DNA of 64,000 nucleotides. It comes from Octopus bimaculoides (lineage: Eukaryota). The notes beneath the pieces were generated by a model, which worked only from the letters and a program-made list of their open reading frames with translations, searched no databases and was not told the DNA's origin. The translations under genes were made by a program, and so were the position numbers. The stretch covers positions 42,078,777 to 42,142,776 of the forward strand of contig NC_068994.1 in NCBI RefSeq assembly GCF_001194135.2, read 5' to 3'. Shown here one piece after another: positions 52,600 through 64,000 of the stretch. The stretch's first letter is position 1. Every line of letters starts with the position of its first letter.

Positions 52600-52845
52600 A
52601 TATGCATACACAAACACGCATGCATGCACACACAAACACATGCACACACACATGCACACATACACACAAATACATGCACACACACACATATATACACACA
52701 TACACAAACACACACATGCACACACACGCACACACACACACACATACACACATACGCACATACAAAGACACAAACATGCACACACACCTATATACACACA
52801 TGCACACACATACACACCCGTGCACGTGCACACACACATACACCA
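52600..52845. repeat. Degenerate (CA)n microsatellite
   Basis: Visible array. Confidence 0.92.
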
Positions 52846-53268
52846 GTTCTGTGATTAAAATGTTTGCCTCCTAACCATACAACCATATGGTTGTGAGTTC
52901 ATTTCCACAGGGTGGTGCCTAGGGCAAGTGTCACAGATTTACAAAAAAACAATCAGTGGTTCAATGCATTTCTGACAGCAAGAGCAACAAGGGAGTGTCT
53001 GTAACTTGGTGCAGAGAAAATACCACAATGCACTTTCTCTGAAGGGCATTAGGTTGTCTTCACTGCTCTTGCTGATTTTTACATCTGTTGTCAATAAACA
53101 TTGGCAAAAGATAAATGCATACAGAAAGATATACATATAAGACAAGATAAGTATGTATTTGTATATAACAATAAACTGAAACACATGCACATATAGCGTG
53201 ACAGAGTTCCACAAATAAATTTTCACCATATTCTACGCTTAAAGCATTACCCAACCCCATTACACACA

Positions 53269-53321
<53 letters not shown>

Positions 53322-53849
53322 TATGGAGATGTACTTGCATAGCAAGTGACCTGATCTGTGCTCATGTGCTGAAACAAAAACAATTGCAGCATGGAAGGTG
53401 TTTATAAGCCATTTAAAAACACACGAAAACTGTTAGATTCACTTCAACATTTAAATTTAATTTGTCAAAATATTTTCGTCACTTTGAAACTGCAACCTGT
53501 TCACTGACAAAATTCCATGCTGCATCTGAGAAAGTAATAGTTAAATCATGATATATATATGTCTGTCTGTCTGTATGTATGTATCTATANNNNNNNNNNN
53601 NNNNNNNNNNNNNNNNNNNNNNNNNNNNNNNNNNNNNNNNNNNNNNNNNNNNNNNNNNNNNNNNNNNNNNNNNNNNNNNNNNNNNNNNNNNNNNNNNNNN
53701 NNNNNNNNNNNNNNNNNNNNNNNNNNNNNNNNNNNNNNNNNNNNNNNNNNNNNNNNNNNNNNNNNNNNNNNNNNNNNNNNNNNNNNNNNNNNNNNNNNNN
53801 NNNNNNNNNNNNNNNNNNNNNNNNNNNNNNNNNNNNTATATATATATTT

Positions 53850-54511
53850 GTGAAGGTGTGAGGAGAGCTGTGTGAAGAAGTGCCAGACCCAAACAGTTGA
53901 AAGAATCCGGGGTAAAGGTAGACCCAAGAAGACATGGGATGAGGTGGTGAAGCATGACCTTCAAACGTTGGGCTTCACAGAGGCGATGATGAAAGGCTGA
54001 GACCTCTGGAGATATGCTGTGACTGTGAAAACCCAGCAAATAAAGTGAGTTCACAGCTGAAACCTACAGCAGTGTCGCATAACCAGCCCATTCAAAAGTA
54101 CCTTGGATCGTAGGGTGACGTGCTGTGCTTGAGGAAACATATTGAGTCAAGTACATCAAAATCAAAATCAAATGGAAACTATAGTTGTGATCTTTGTGCC
54201 GGTGGCACGTAAAAAGCACCATCGAAACATAGCCAATGCTAGTCTCGCCTTGACTGGCTTCCGTGCTGGTGGCACATAAAAAACACCAGCCGATCGTGGT
54301 CGTTGCCAGCCTCCTCTGGCCGCTGTGCTGGTGACACATAAAAGGAATCCACTACACTCTTGGAGTGGTTGGCGTTAGGAAGGGCATCCAGCTGTAGAAA
54401 CTGCCAAACCAGACTGGAGCCTGCTGCAGCCTCCTGGCTTTCCAGACCCCAGTTGAACCATCCATCCCATGCCAGCATGGAAAAAGGGACGTTAAACGAT
54501 GATGATGATGA

Positions 54512-54512
<1 letters not shown>
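53850..54512 (+). mobile_element. RTE LINE 3' end, older copy
   Basis: GRPKKTWDEVVKHDLQTLGFTEAM...DLWRYAV; same 3' UTR and (GAT)n tail. Confidence 0.82.
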
Positions 54513-54581
<69 letters not shown>

Positions 54582-55957
54582 AAGGTAGTATACACTGAGA
54601 TTGAACCTGGAGCCATGTACTGTTGAATAAATTTCTTGATCACATAGAAATTAGAGACTATGAAAATAAACATACACACACTCACACACATACATTTTTA
54701 AACATTGATATGGGAGCTTATGTACCTACACACAAACACATACTCACACGCATGCACAGACATACATGCACACATGCGTGCACACACATACACACACACT
54801 CTATATGTATAGATATACACTATTCCTGACCTTGCATACAATCTGTCTCATTTTAATCTCTTCCCCCACCCCACTTCTCATCTTCTTAACACTTATCCCT
54901 CCCTCTCACTATCATCTCTTCCATTTTATTGTCCACTGATCACCCTTTACTGTGTCTCCTGTTATCTCTCCTTCTCCTCAGAGAGATATATTAACACTGC
55001 CATTACCTTATCTTTAACACACTATATTATCAGTCTCATCACATTGTCATTCTGCCATCAATAGCCTCCTCCTCCCACTTTTATGCCCCACTCACAATAG
55101 ACACCCCTGCATATCTCTGACGTCCATCTCTCTCTCTTTCTTTCTCTCTCTCACTCTCTTGTCATTCCTTATTATTCCAGCGGACACATCTCCATATTTG
55201 CTTATCTACCTACAGGTTTATTGTGCAGCTGCTCTCCTCTCTTCCTATACTGCTACTTATCACCTCCTCTTTCCTGAGTTACTCTTATTCTTTCCCCGTC
55301 TCCTCACCATACTTTTATTTACCATTGACCACATCCCTACCCTTGTTCCATTCACAACATACACCTCTTCTACATCCATCTCTAACCATCTGTCACTCTC
55401 CTCATCCAATCTAAGAACTTATCCACCAACACTTCTTGATTTGTTTTTGTCCATATTGCCTCTCATATTTACTTTCTTGTTCTTTCAGAGTTTGATCTGG
55501 TACCTCATCACCAGCTTCTCCCACCCTTGAATAATGCATCTCCTCTATAGCAAGACACTTCTGTCTGACCCTCTACCATACATTAGCATCTCAACACCTA
55601 GAATAAATCCACCTCTCTCCCTACTGTAATCCCACTCAGTTGAGTGGTCTTTTTTCTTAGTTGATTGTAACCACACTTAGTTGACTGGTCTTGTGAGTTA
55701 CTGGGTAACCTTACTTGAGCTGGTATCTTGGAAAAGCACCCAGTACATTTTGTAAAGTAAGTGGGATTAAGAATGGCATCCAGCCATAGAAACCATAGAA
55801 AGCAGACTTTGGGGCTCAATACAGTCCTCCAACTCATTAGATCCTGTTAAAGCATTCATCCCATGTCAGCTGCTAGTGTGAAAGATGGACATATAATGAT
55901 GATTATGTTCGTTATCTCTCTCTATATATACATGCAGGCGTGTGTGCACATATGTAT

Positions 55958-55998
<41 letters not shown>

Positions 55999-56307
55999 AT
56001 GCATGCGTGCATGTGCACATGTGGGTGTATGCCTATAGGTATATGTATATATCTATATATGAAATTCAGGTAGTGTTATGTTTGATGGCATAAGATAAAA
56101 GGTACATACAATTAGTGTTCAGGTTGGTTTGCAGTCTAAAATCCAGCTTGAAATGCAACTAAGCATGTAAAGGTGCTTTACCTGCCTAATGAAGATTGAT
56201 TATAGGTAATGTTTCAATTGAGCTGGTACATGCATAGTAGAGTAAAAATATAACCAGAAAAACAATCAGTATCAAGTCAGATTTTGATATTTATAGATGT
56301 ATTATAC

Positions 56308-56367
<60 letters not shown>

Positions 56368-56370
56368 CTA

Positions 56371-56607
56371 TATCTGTAAATATAATATGTGTCAATTATT
56401 TGGTAGCCATGATAAAACTCTGAGTTTCGGATGTTGGGGTGGAAACTCATGATGCCATCTCTTCAGTTATCTGGCCATCGGAAAAACGTTTTTTATTGAT
56501 GGCCTGATAACTGAAGAGATGGTAGCGGTGGGTTTCCACCCCAACATCCAAAACTCGGAGTTTCATCATGGCTACCGAATAATTGTCACATATTATATTT
56601 ACAGATA
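56371..56607. repeat. 237-bp palindrome (arms about 109 bp) containing hammerhead-like motifs; probable Penelope-like element end
   Basis: Left arm 56371-56479 is the near-perfect reverse complement of 56498-56607; the loop contains AAAAACGTTTTT. Confidence 0.85.
56411..56471 (-). ncRNA. Type I hammerhead ribozyme-like motif
   Basis: Minus strand: GATAA CTGAAGA GATG...CATC C GAA ACT cag AGT T TTATC. Stem I GATAA/TTATC, intact CUGAAGA and GAAA cores, GUU triplet. Stem II has a bulge. Folded by eye. Confidence 0.55.
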
Positions 56608-56775
56608 CATTCCTCTATTTACATAATATCGAGGTCTCTTTCATTCTTTTGTTGTCTTACCATTTCTATCAATATATATATATATTATATATGTGTGTAT
56701 GTATGTATTATGATTGACCGTTGACTGAACACTATTCAATTTTTTTTCTCCGTGTTTTTCTCCTTGTCTCCGTAT

Positions 56776-56812
56776 TCTTTCTGTTGAAGAGCGTAGCTCG
56801 AAACGTCAAAGA
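56776..56812 (+). ncRNA. Minimal type I hammerhead variant (dimer type)
   Basis: TCTTT CTGTTGA A GAGC gta GCTC GAAAC GTC AAAGA: stem I TCTTT/AAAGA, stem II GAGC/GCTC, palindromic ACGT stem III, GUC triplet; core reads CUGUUGA. Confidence 0.6.
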
Positions 56813-57049
56813 CTTTCCGTATTCCCGAGCGTCATACTAATATATACTTTTGTTATTTACACCACCTGTCCTCGTCTGTTGTTATTTTTTGTATATTCTC
56901 CCATATGTATGTATATACATTGACACAACTTGAAATTAATAATGAATGTTATGGGAGTTTAGATCATAAACAATTTATAAAACATCAGTTGTGGAATGTT
57001 CATAATAGTTGTGCTACATGCTGGTTATTCTCCTGGAATGAGACACTGG

Positions 57050-57392
57050 TAAAAAGCACTGCTGCTGGTGCCATGTAAAATGTATTAGTGATGGTGCAAT
57101 GTAAAAATCATTGATGCTGGTGCCATGTAAAAAGCACTGCTGCTAGTGCCACGTGAGAAGCACTGATGCTCATCCCATGTGGAAAGCACTGGAGATGGTG
57201 CCCCGTAAAAAAAAACCCGGTACACTCTGTAAAGTGGTTGGCATTAGTAAGACTATTAAGCTGTAGAAACCAAGCCAAAACAGACTAGGGAACCTGGTGT
57301 GGCCTCTATCATTGCCAGCTCCTGTCAAGCCATCCAACCTATGCCAGTATGGAAAATAGATGTTAAATTGTGATGATGATGATGATGATGAT
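57050..57392 (+). mobile_element. RTE-tailed short element with internal tandem repeats
   Basis: Repeated GGTGCCATGTAAAA(AGCACTG) units, then GGTTGGCATTAG...CTGTAGAAAC and (GAT)n. Confidence 0.65.
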
Positions 57393-57721
57393 GAACAGTT
57401 ATAATGTAAGTCCATATTATTGATGTTAAATAGTAGGTAAACTAATTCATTGCAGATAGAATCCAATGCCGGAGGAAAAGAAGGAAGATGTGAAGGTATC
57501 ACCTTCTTTTCAAATAACTTTCAATCAAGTTCCACTATATCCTTATACATTCAGAAGCAAAGAACCCATATGTAGACATCTTGACACTTTTATTGCCATA
57601 TTTCTGTTGAAATACATTCTTCTTGTTTCAAACTATTTTGAAATCAACGACAATTTCATTATTAAACTAATATTTGGAACATAGATTAACATGAAATTGT
57701 GATGGATATTTTTAATTTAGG

Positions 57722-58599
57722 TATGAGGTGGTATCAAAAAGTTCCCGGATTAGTTCTGTAGTGTGCTAACAGATGACAGCATATGATTGCATGCACACTG
57801 AGAGCTAGCAGTGACCTTCATGAGGTAGTGTGCTGAGTGACATTACCATGTTTACTTCACATGTTGTGAAATTTGTGGTCGTGTGATCATGTGTATGCTG
57901 TAGACTCTGATTTCTGTCATGGACAGGAAGCTGGAACAAAGAGCCAGCGTGAATTGGATGACTGCTCCAGAGACATTGAACATGTTTTGGCAAGCTAAGG
58001 CGTTAAGGCAATGGGTCATACTTAATGTTTCGAGTGGCATGGATGCTTCAAAAGTGGAAGAACATCCTTGGAAGATGATGAGCAATCTGGAAGACCTGCT
58101 ACAAGTGTCACCCCTGGAAATGTGGCGAAAATTCATCAGGTTGTGCATGAGGATCATCAGACGACAATTAATAACATTGTTGATGTTGTTGGTCCATCGT
58201 TTGGGTCCGTGCAGGCAAAGAATTGCATTCTTCACGAAAACAAGGCATCCTGTCACTGAGCTCTCCTCACTCATGAGTTTCTCACCAAAAGACAACATGG
58301 CGTCACTTCCACACCTGCTCAGTTTTCCAGCTGCAGACTTCCATCTCTTCTCCAAGATAAAAATGCAGCTCAGAGGTTACTGTTTTAACACCATTATAGA
58401 GATCAAGAGTGAATCGCAGAAGATCCTCAACCTGATTATCGAAAAACAAAGGTCAGGTTCCAAAGGTTACCGGAATGTTGGGACAAGTGTATTGCTGTGC
58501 AAGGTGACTATTTCAAAAGAGATAATTTAAAAACTTGGTAAATAAGTTATTTTTTTATTAAACATAACGATTCTGGGAACTTTTTGATATGAACTCATA
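57722..58599 (+). mobile_element. Internally deleted mariner (Hsmar2/irritans-like TIR), copy 2
   Basis: TA-TGAGGTGGTATCAAAAAGTTCCCGGA...TCTGGGAACTTTTTGATATGAACTCA-TA; MDRKLEQRASV start, MEDDEQSGRP, PAADFHLFSKIKMQLRG; colinear with 33723-34602. Confidence 0.85.
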
Positions 58600-58939
58600 A
58601 CATTAAAACAGAAATCTTGTATCATAGAGCTGGAGGTTGTCAGGGGCCGATTAGTATCTAAAAGGGTTTACAATAAATTTCAATACTGTTTTTCAATCTT
58701 TGATTCTAAGGCCCAGATTGCCAGTAAAATCTAATATCTACCTAGTGTTATATATACTCTGAAATTCTTTCTCTCTTCTACAGTTGTAGAGAGCCCAGGA
58801 AAGAGCAATGCTTTGAGCAGACTGTCAGCTTTTTACTGTAATAAATATATTTATCTATTTCTCTCAGCATATTGAGTTCAATATCAGATGTTTGTACTAA
58901 GTAAAACGAAATATATTTTCATATACTTTACAACTCTGA

Positions 58940-59109
58940 CATTGTGATATATATCCACACACACATAGGCACACACACACACATCCTCATACATACATGC
59001 ATATATACATATATATATATATACATATATGCTCATACATACATGCATACATATATATATACATGTACATACATATATACATTTATATATATATACATAT
59101 GTGTGTGTA

Positions 59110-59161
<52 letters not shown>

Positions 59162-59190
59162 CACACACACACATACACACACAGATATGA
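58940..59190. repeat. Compound (TA)n/(CA)n microsatellite
   Basis: Visible arrays. Confidence 0.92.
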
Positions 59191-59413
59191 AGCCAGTAGT
59201 CTTCCCTAATACCTATACAGACATAAGATAAATATATTAATTTGCCTCTATAGCAATGTAAACAATTCAGATAAGGAAGCCAAGTTTTCTTCTGTTTCAA
59301 ATTAGAGATTGTTGTTTTAGGATTTTAACTTTTTAGTTTTCATCATTCAGGAAATCAATAGATAACACATTCTCTTTGCATCTTCTATGGTATTATATAT
59401 ACGTGTGTGTATG

Positions 59414-59451
<38 letters not shown>

Positions 59452-59498
59452 TGCACTTACTCTTGTGTGTATCTGTGTACATAGATTCTCACATGCAA

Positions 59499-59532
<34 letters not shown>

Positions 59533-60074
59533 CCATATATATACATATATAAATGTTTATGTATGTTTTTTGTATTATGTTTATATTGGACAACACACAA
59601 ACATTTGCATGAATGTATGAGCACAAAACACAAATGCATGTATGTATATACACACATTCACACAAACACACTAGCAGATACATATACACATAAACACAAG
59701 CATACGCATCTATGTATGGATAAATGTTTATTATATTTTACTAGAGACTGAAACTTTACAATTTGTTACTCCAAGTTTCTCATTTCTGTTATTACAAATA
59801 TCTCTTAAATATTAACATTTGAATATCTAGACAATTTTTGAAGGGATAAGCTTGAAATAAAAGGATCTTACTGGTTTGCAAAAAGCCATTGGATACAAAA
59901 TGATTGAAGACATACTGAAAATGGCATTGCCTGTTAGAGACAATTAGAAAATGAGAAAAATAAATTAGCGAGTTTAAAGAAAAAGTGAAGGAATCTGGAA
60001 AATGTTGATGTGTGACATAACTAGGCAAGGAAATAACTTGATGATCCTCCTCCTCATTATCATTGAACTGACAC

Positions 60075-60382
60075 TCTGTCAATTACAACTACAGGGGTTC
60101 CAGTCGATTCAATCAATGGAACTGCCTGCTCATGACATTAATGTGAAAGTGGCTGAGTACTCCACAGACATGTGAACCCTTAACATAGTTCTCCGGGAGA
60201 TTCAGCGTGACACAGGCTGGCCCTTTGAAATACAGGTGTAACTCGCTTTTGCTAGCTGAATGGACTGGAGGAATGTGAAATAAAGTGTCTTGCTCAAGGA
60301 CACGACATGCTGCCAGAAATCAAACTCATGACCTTATAACCATGTGCCAAATACCTCTAACCACTGAGCCACGTGCCTTCAC
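60075..60382 (-). mobile_element. tRNA-derived SINE
   Basis: Matches 52270-52595. Confidence 0.72.
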
Positions 60383-60662
60383 CCTCATCATCATAAACAT
60401 CACCTAGCGTCCACTATTCCATGCCTCCATGGGTCACATGTTATTTGTTGAGGAAGATTTTCTACACCCAGGGGCTTTGCATGTTGTCATCCCTCACCTG
60501 TTCCCAGGTAAAATAATAATTCCCATTGACATGTTTTTCATGGAAGAAGGGAAATAAACAGCATTGTTTGCATTACACTGATGGCCATATACAACCATCA
60601 CATGATGTCACAACAGAACAGCACACACAAACATACATACATTTGTGTGAGTGTGTGCGTGC

Positions 60663-60698
<36 letters not shown>

Positions 60699-60699
60699 T

Positions 60700-61085
60700 T
60701 ATGCATGTCTGTGTTTGTCCCCACTGCCATCACTCGACAACCAATGCTTGTGTGTTTATGTCCTCATAGCTTAGTTGTTTAGCATAAGAGACCGATTGAA
60801 TAAGTACTAGGCGTACAAATATTAAGTCTTGAGGCTGATTTCTTCAACTAAAACCTTTAAGACAGTACTTCAGCATGGCCACAGTCAAATGACTAAAACG
60901 AGTAAAAAAATAAAAGAATATATGTATATATATAATGGGCTTCTTCCAGATTCTATCCACCAAATCTGCTCACAAATCTTTGGTTGGCCCAGGACTTTAG
61001 TAGAAGACACTTGCTCAAGATGCCACACAGTCAGATTGAACCTGAGACTACATGGTTAGAAAGCAAGCTTCTTAACCACATAACC
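60700..61085. mobile_element. SINE family A tail (+) followed by family A head (-)
   Basis: GAATAAGTACTAGGC...CATGGCCACAGTCAAATGACT, then GGGCTTC...AAGCAAGCTTCTTAACCAC. Confidence 0.7.
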
Positions 61086-61929
61086 ATGCATAACATAAAT
61101 CTAAGTTTCTCATAAATGGAGGCAAGAATGGTGTCAATATGATGGGGGAAAAGACACATATTCAAAGAAAATTAAAGAGATCGACCATTAGAAGTGAAAT
61201 AGTTATAAAATAAATATTTAGAGGTATATTGATTGGATATCGACAATTCAAATCTTTCATTTCAAAATCACTTCTCTTCGAGGCTGAAATGCAAGTCTTC
61301 TCACATAAACATAAATTACAATGCAAGTTTGAGCAGGAGAAAAAAAAAAAAAATAAAAGACATGCTGATATGGTTGACTATTTTTGAGAGTCAGACTAGA
61401 TTCTTTCAAAAGCCACACAGACAAAATTGTTAAAATTTATTTTTCCTATAACTTGAGTGAATAGATATGCTAGTAAAAAGACATCTTGAATTTGTTCTTA
61501 GTTAATCCGATATATGACTTAAACACATTGCTGTTGTCTAATATAACCATTGCTAATTACTAATACTTTCAAAATGTAATTATTATTGAAGGGACAATTA
61601 TTTGGCGTAATAATTATAGATAAGGATAGAAGCACTTTTATTGATGCTAAATTTTTTCTTTTTCTTTTGTTGCCTCTCTTCTTTCTCTTTTTTTTTTTTT
61701 TTTTGAATGGTTAATTCAGTAAACAAAATTTTTATGAAAAGAATAGCTAATTTTAATCAAGATTTTGCTAAGGTTCTTATATCTATGATTCATTAGAAAA
61801 TGAAAAGAAATTAAATTTTGGAACTCTTTAGTGGTTATTTATTCTTACATTTAAACTGAAGATTGGATTATTCCCCCAAAACATCAGAAATGCTGGTGAC
61901 CGAAGGAAAGTATTGAACTGCATTTTGTT

Positions 61930-62800
61930 ACAACCCTTTCTGTTTTGTCTTGAAACTCCACTGAAGACAGTTTTATCTTTCAACATACTGGGATAATAAA
62001 AAAACCCAGTAAAACACTACAGCTCATTTAGTATTCTTATGAAGTATTCTAGATCTGAATGGAATTATAACTGAAGTTCAAGAACAGACCAAGTCAATTA
62101 TGTCAATTACTTGAGAGGCTGGTAAGTTGTATCTTGTAACTGTAAAGGTATTTAACTCTGAACATGCTCCTGGATGATAGGTCTAATCTGTAACCCAGTT
62201 TAGCACAATCATCTGGCTCTTTGATGCCTTTAATGGGGTTCTACTCTGTTGTAAACATTCAGACTGGGTTTTCTGTTTACTTTAACCCATGAATCATGCA
62301 CATTTTTCTCCCCAACAGTTTTAGAGGACTTGCAAAGGTTTATGAACACTGCCATTACTTCTTTGTTTAAGTCAGAGGAAGAAGACAAGTTCGTCTAGCT
62401 CTAGATAACTGTAGCAGGATGGTACAATTAATTTCTCGAAGTTTTACAGGGTACTTTAAGGTTAGCCATGATATAGAGGTGAAACCCATGATCATCATAG
62501 GTCCTACAAGACTGATGTCAGCTTGAGTGTCTGTGAAAAAAAACAAACAAACTCAATAGTGTTATCTTAAGGCATGAGCACTCTTGGCAGTTGCTTGAGG
62601 AGGGGGCTCACAACTCTAGGGGACCAATTCCCATCTATGTATGCTGTGGCCTATCAATAAATATATAATAAAGAGCCCAATGCATTGATTTGCCTGGGTG
62701 CCATAGAGGTCTTGGGGCACAATTCTGATCTGTGGCTTGCTTTCAGTACAAAATACAGCAGATCCTAATGCATTGATTTGCCTCTGTTATGTTGTAAAGA
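61930..62800 (-). mobile_element. Highly decayed Gypsy-like gag/pol remnant
   Basis: Minus-strand fragments DTQADISLV (resembles aspartic protease D(S/T)GA) upstream of KDKTVF (resembles RT KTAF), in the expected order; many stops. Confidence 0.3.
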
Positions 62801-64000
62801 TACCCTTGTCTATCAAAACAGTTGTACTCACAATTAATACCTATGAGCTAACGTATTGTGGTGCTTGTAAACTCTTTGACTTTCTCATCAATTTCTATAT
62901 GATCTGACATGCTAGGTATAACAGTCAAATCTCACTTAAAAAGCACTCTGCCATCTTAAGAAGAAAGTGATGAACATGTTGGCTGTCATCCAAGACACAT
63001 TGTGTCTGCAAAACATTCTGTACACCACTTTAACAATTCTGCCAACTGACCACTTTAAGTAATGTAATATAGAAATATCAATGTAGGAATGAAAGTTGTT
63101 AACTTCATTACTCAGGCTGTTACATTGGACATACATCTACAAAATTTTCATGCTAGCCTCCCATGCATTTAAAACAAGGAGCTGTTGCATCACATTACAT
63201 ACAGAAATAGTTGTGGAAAAAAAAAACAATAATTGATAACAGTATAATCCTGTGAAGAATTCAACAATATATCTTAAAGATTCACAATGGAAGATTTATT
63301 ACTAGCAAAATTTATATCAAAGAAATAAATGATAAAAAAAAAACTAATGCAGAGATTCAGTATGTATGAAAAAATAAATCTATGAAAATAACCAGAATTT
63401 AAGTGTGAGATAGCTTTATATCTAGTGACGATGATTTTATCAGTTGCAAAATTTCTTGTTGCTTATTGTAAAATGTGTTGACAATATACCACTCACATCA
63501 CTTCATTCAGAAGGTAAGACTGAGAAGATCTTGATATGTTAATGACTTTAGGAATGTTATTGTCCGAAACTAAACACAAAGAAATATTAAATATTTTTTA
63601 AAAAATCACTAATAATTAAGATTGAAAATACAAATACAGACATTTTTCATTATAGCATATTTGAAAGGAAAGCAAATTACTACACACACATGCATAGACA
63701 TGCATACACACACATATCTATATATACATACATACATGTATAGATATATATCATATACTGTTCTACTATTGGGAAGAACAACAAAAAGTTCTCTATCCAG
63801 TGAGAGATAAATATCATTTAAATCTTGTGTGTAAGAAAGTATGTGTGTGTGTGAGTGTGTGTGTGTTTGTGTGAGTAATACTCACACATAGATAGATATG
63901 CACACATACACAATTATGTACATATGCATATAAATATATAACTGTATATAGATAGATACACATATATATATATATGCATATGTATCTATATATATCCATA

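Noticed and set aside
57919-58530. 203-aa ORF as a functional transposase
   Set aside because: Mosaic of shifted frames in an internally deleted mariner; catalytic core missing.
16360-59751. Dozens of ORFs rich in YI/HT/CV/poly-I/poly-X
   Set aside because: Translations of (TA)n, (CA)n and trinucleotide microsatellites or of N gaps; no coding signal.

Overview
AT-rich, repeat-dense eukaryotic DNA with eight N gaps, very probably from an Octopus genome (inferred from the protocadherin type and the SINE/RTE/microsatellite landscape; no prokaryotic genes or CRISPR arrays). One long, intact coding exon is present: a minus-strand six-cadherin-repeat protocadherin (ATG 42967 to a strong CAG|GTAAG donor at 40586/40585). 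No recognisable downstream cytoplasmic exon lies in the 40 kb below it. An apparently genuine 186-bp plus-strand exon of an unidentified gene (10427-10612) suggests a second, convergent and possibly interleaved transcription unit. The rest is tRNA-headed SINEs, RTE LINE ends, mariner remnants, hAT/piggyBac/Harbinger-like MITEs, decayed Tx1/L1- and Gypsy-like fragments and microsatellites. The most unusual non-coding signal is a set of hammerhead-ribozyme-like folds in Penelope-like palindromic elements: a 237-bp palindrome with a hammerhead in each arm followed by a minimal CUGUUGA variant (56371-56812), two tRNA-headed fold-back elements with decayed hammerheads, and weaker candidates. Nearly all other ORFs in the track are microsatellite or gap artefacts. 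All folds and alignments were made by eye; repeat boundaries are approximate.
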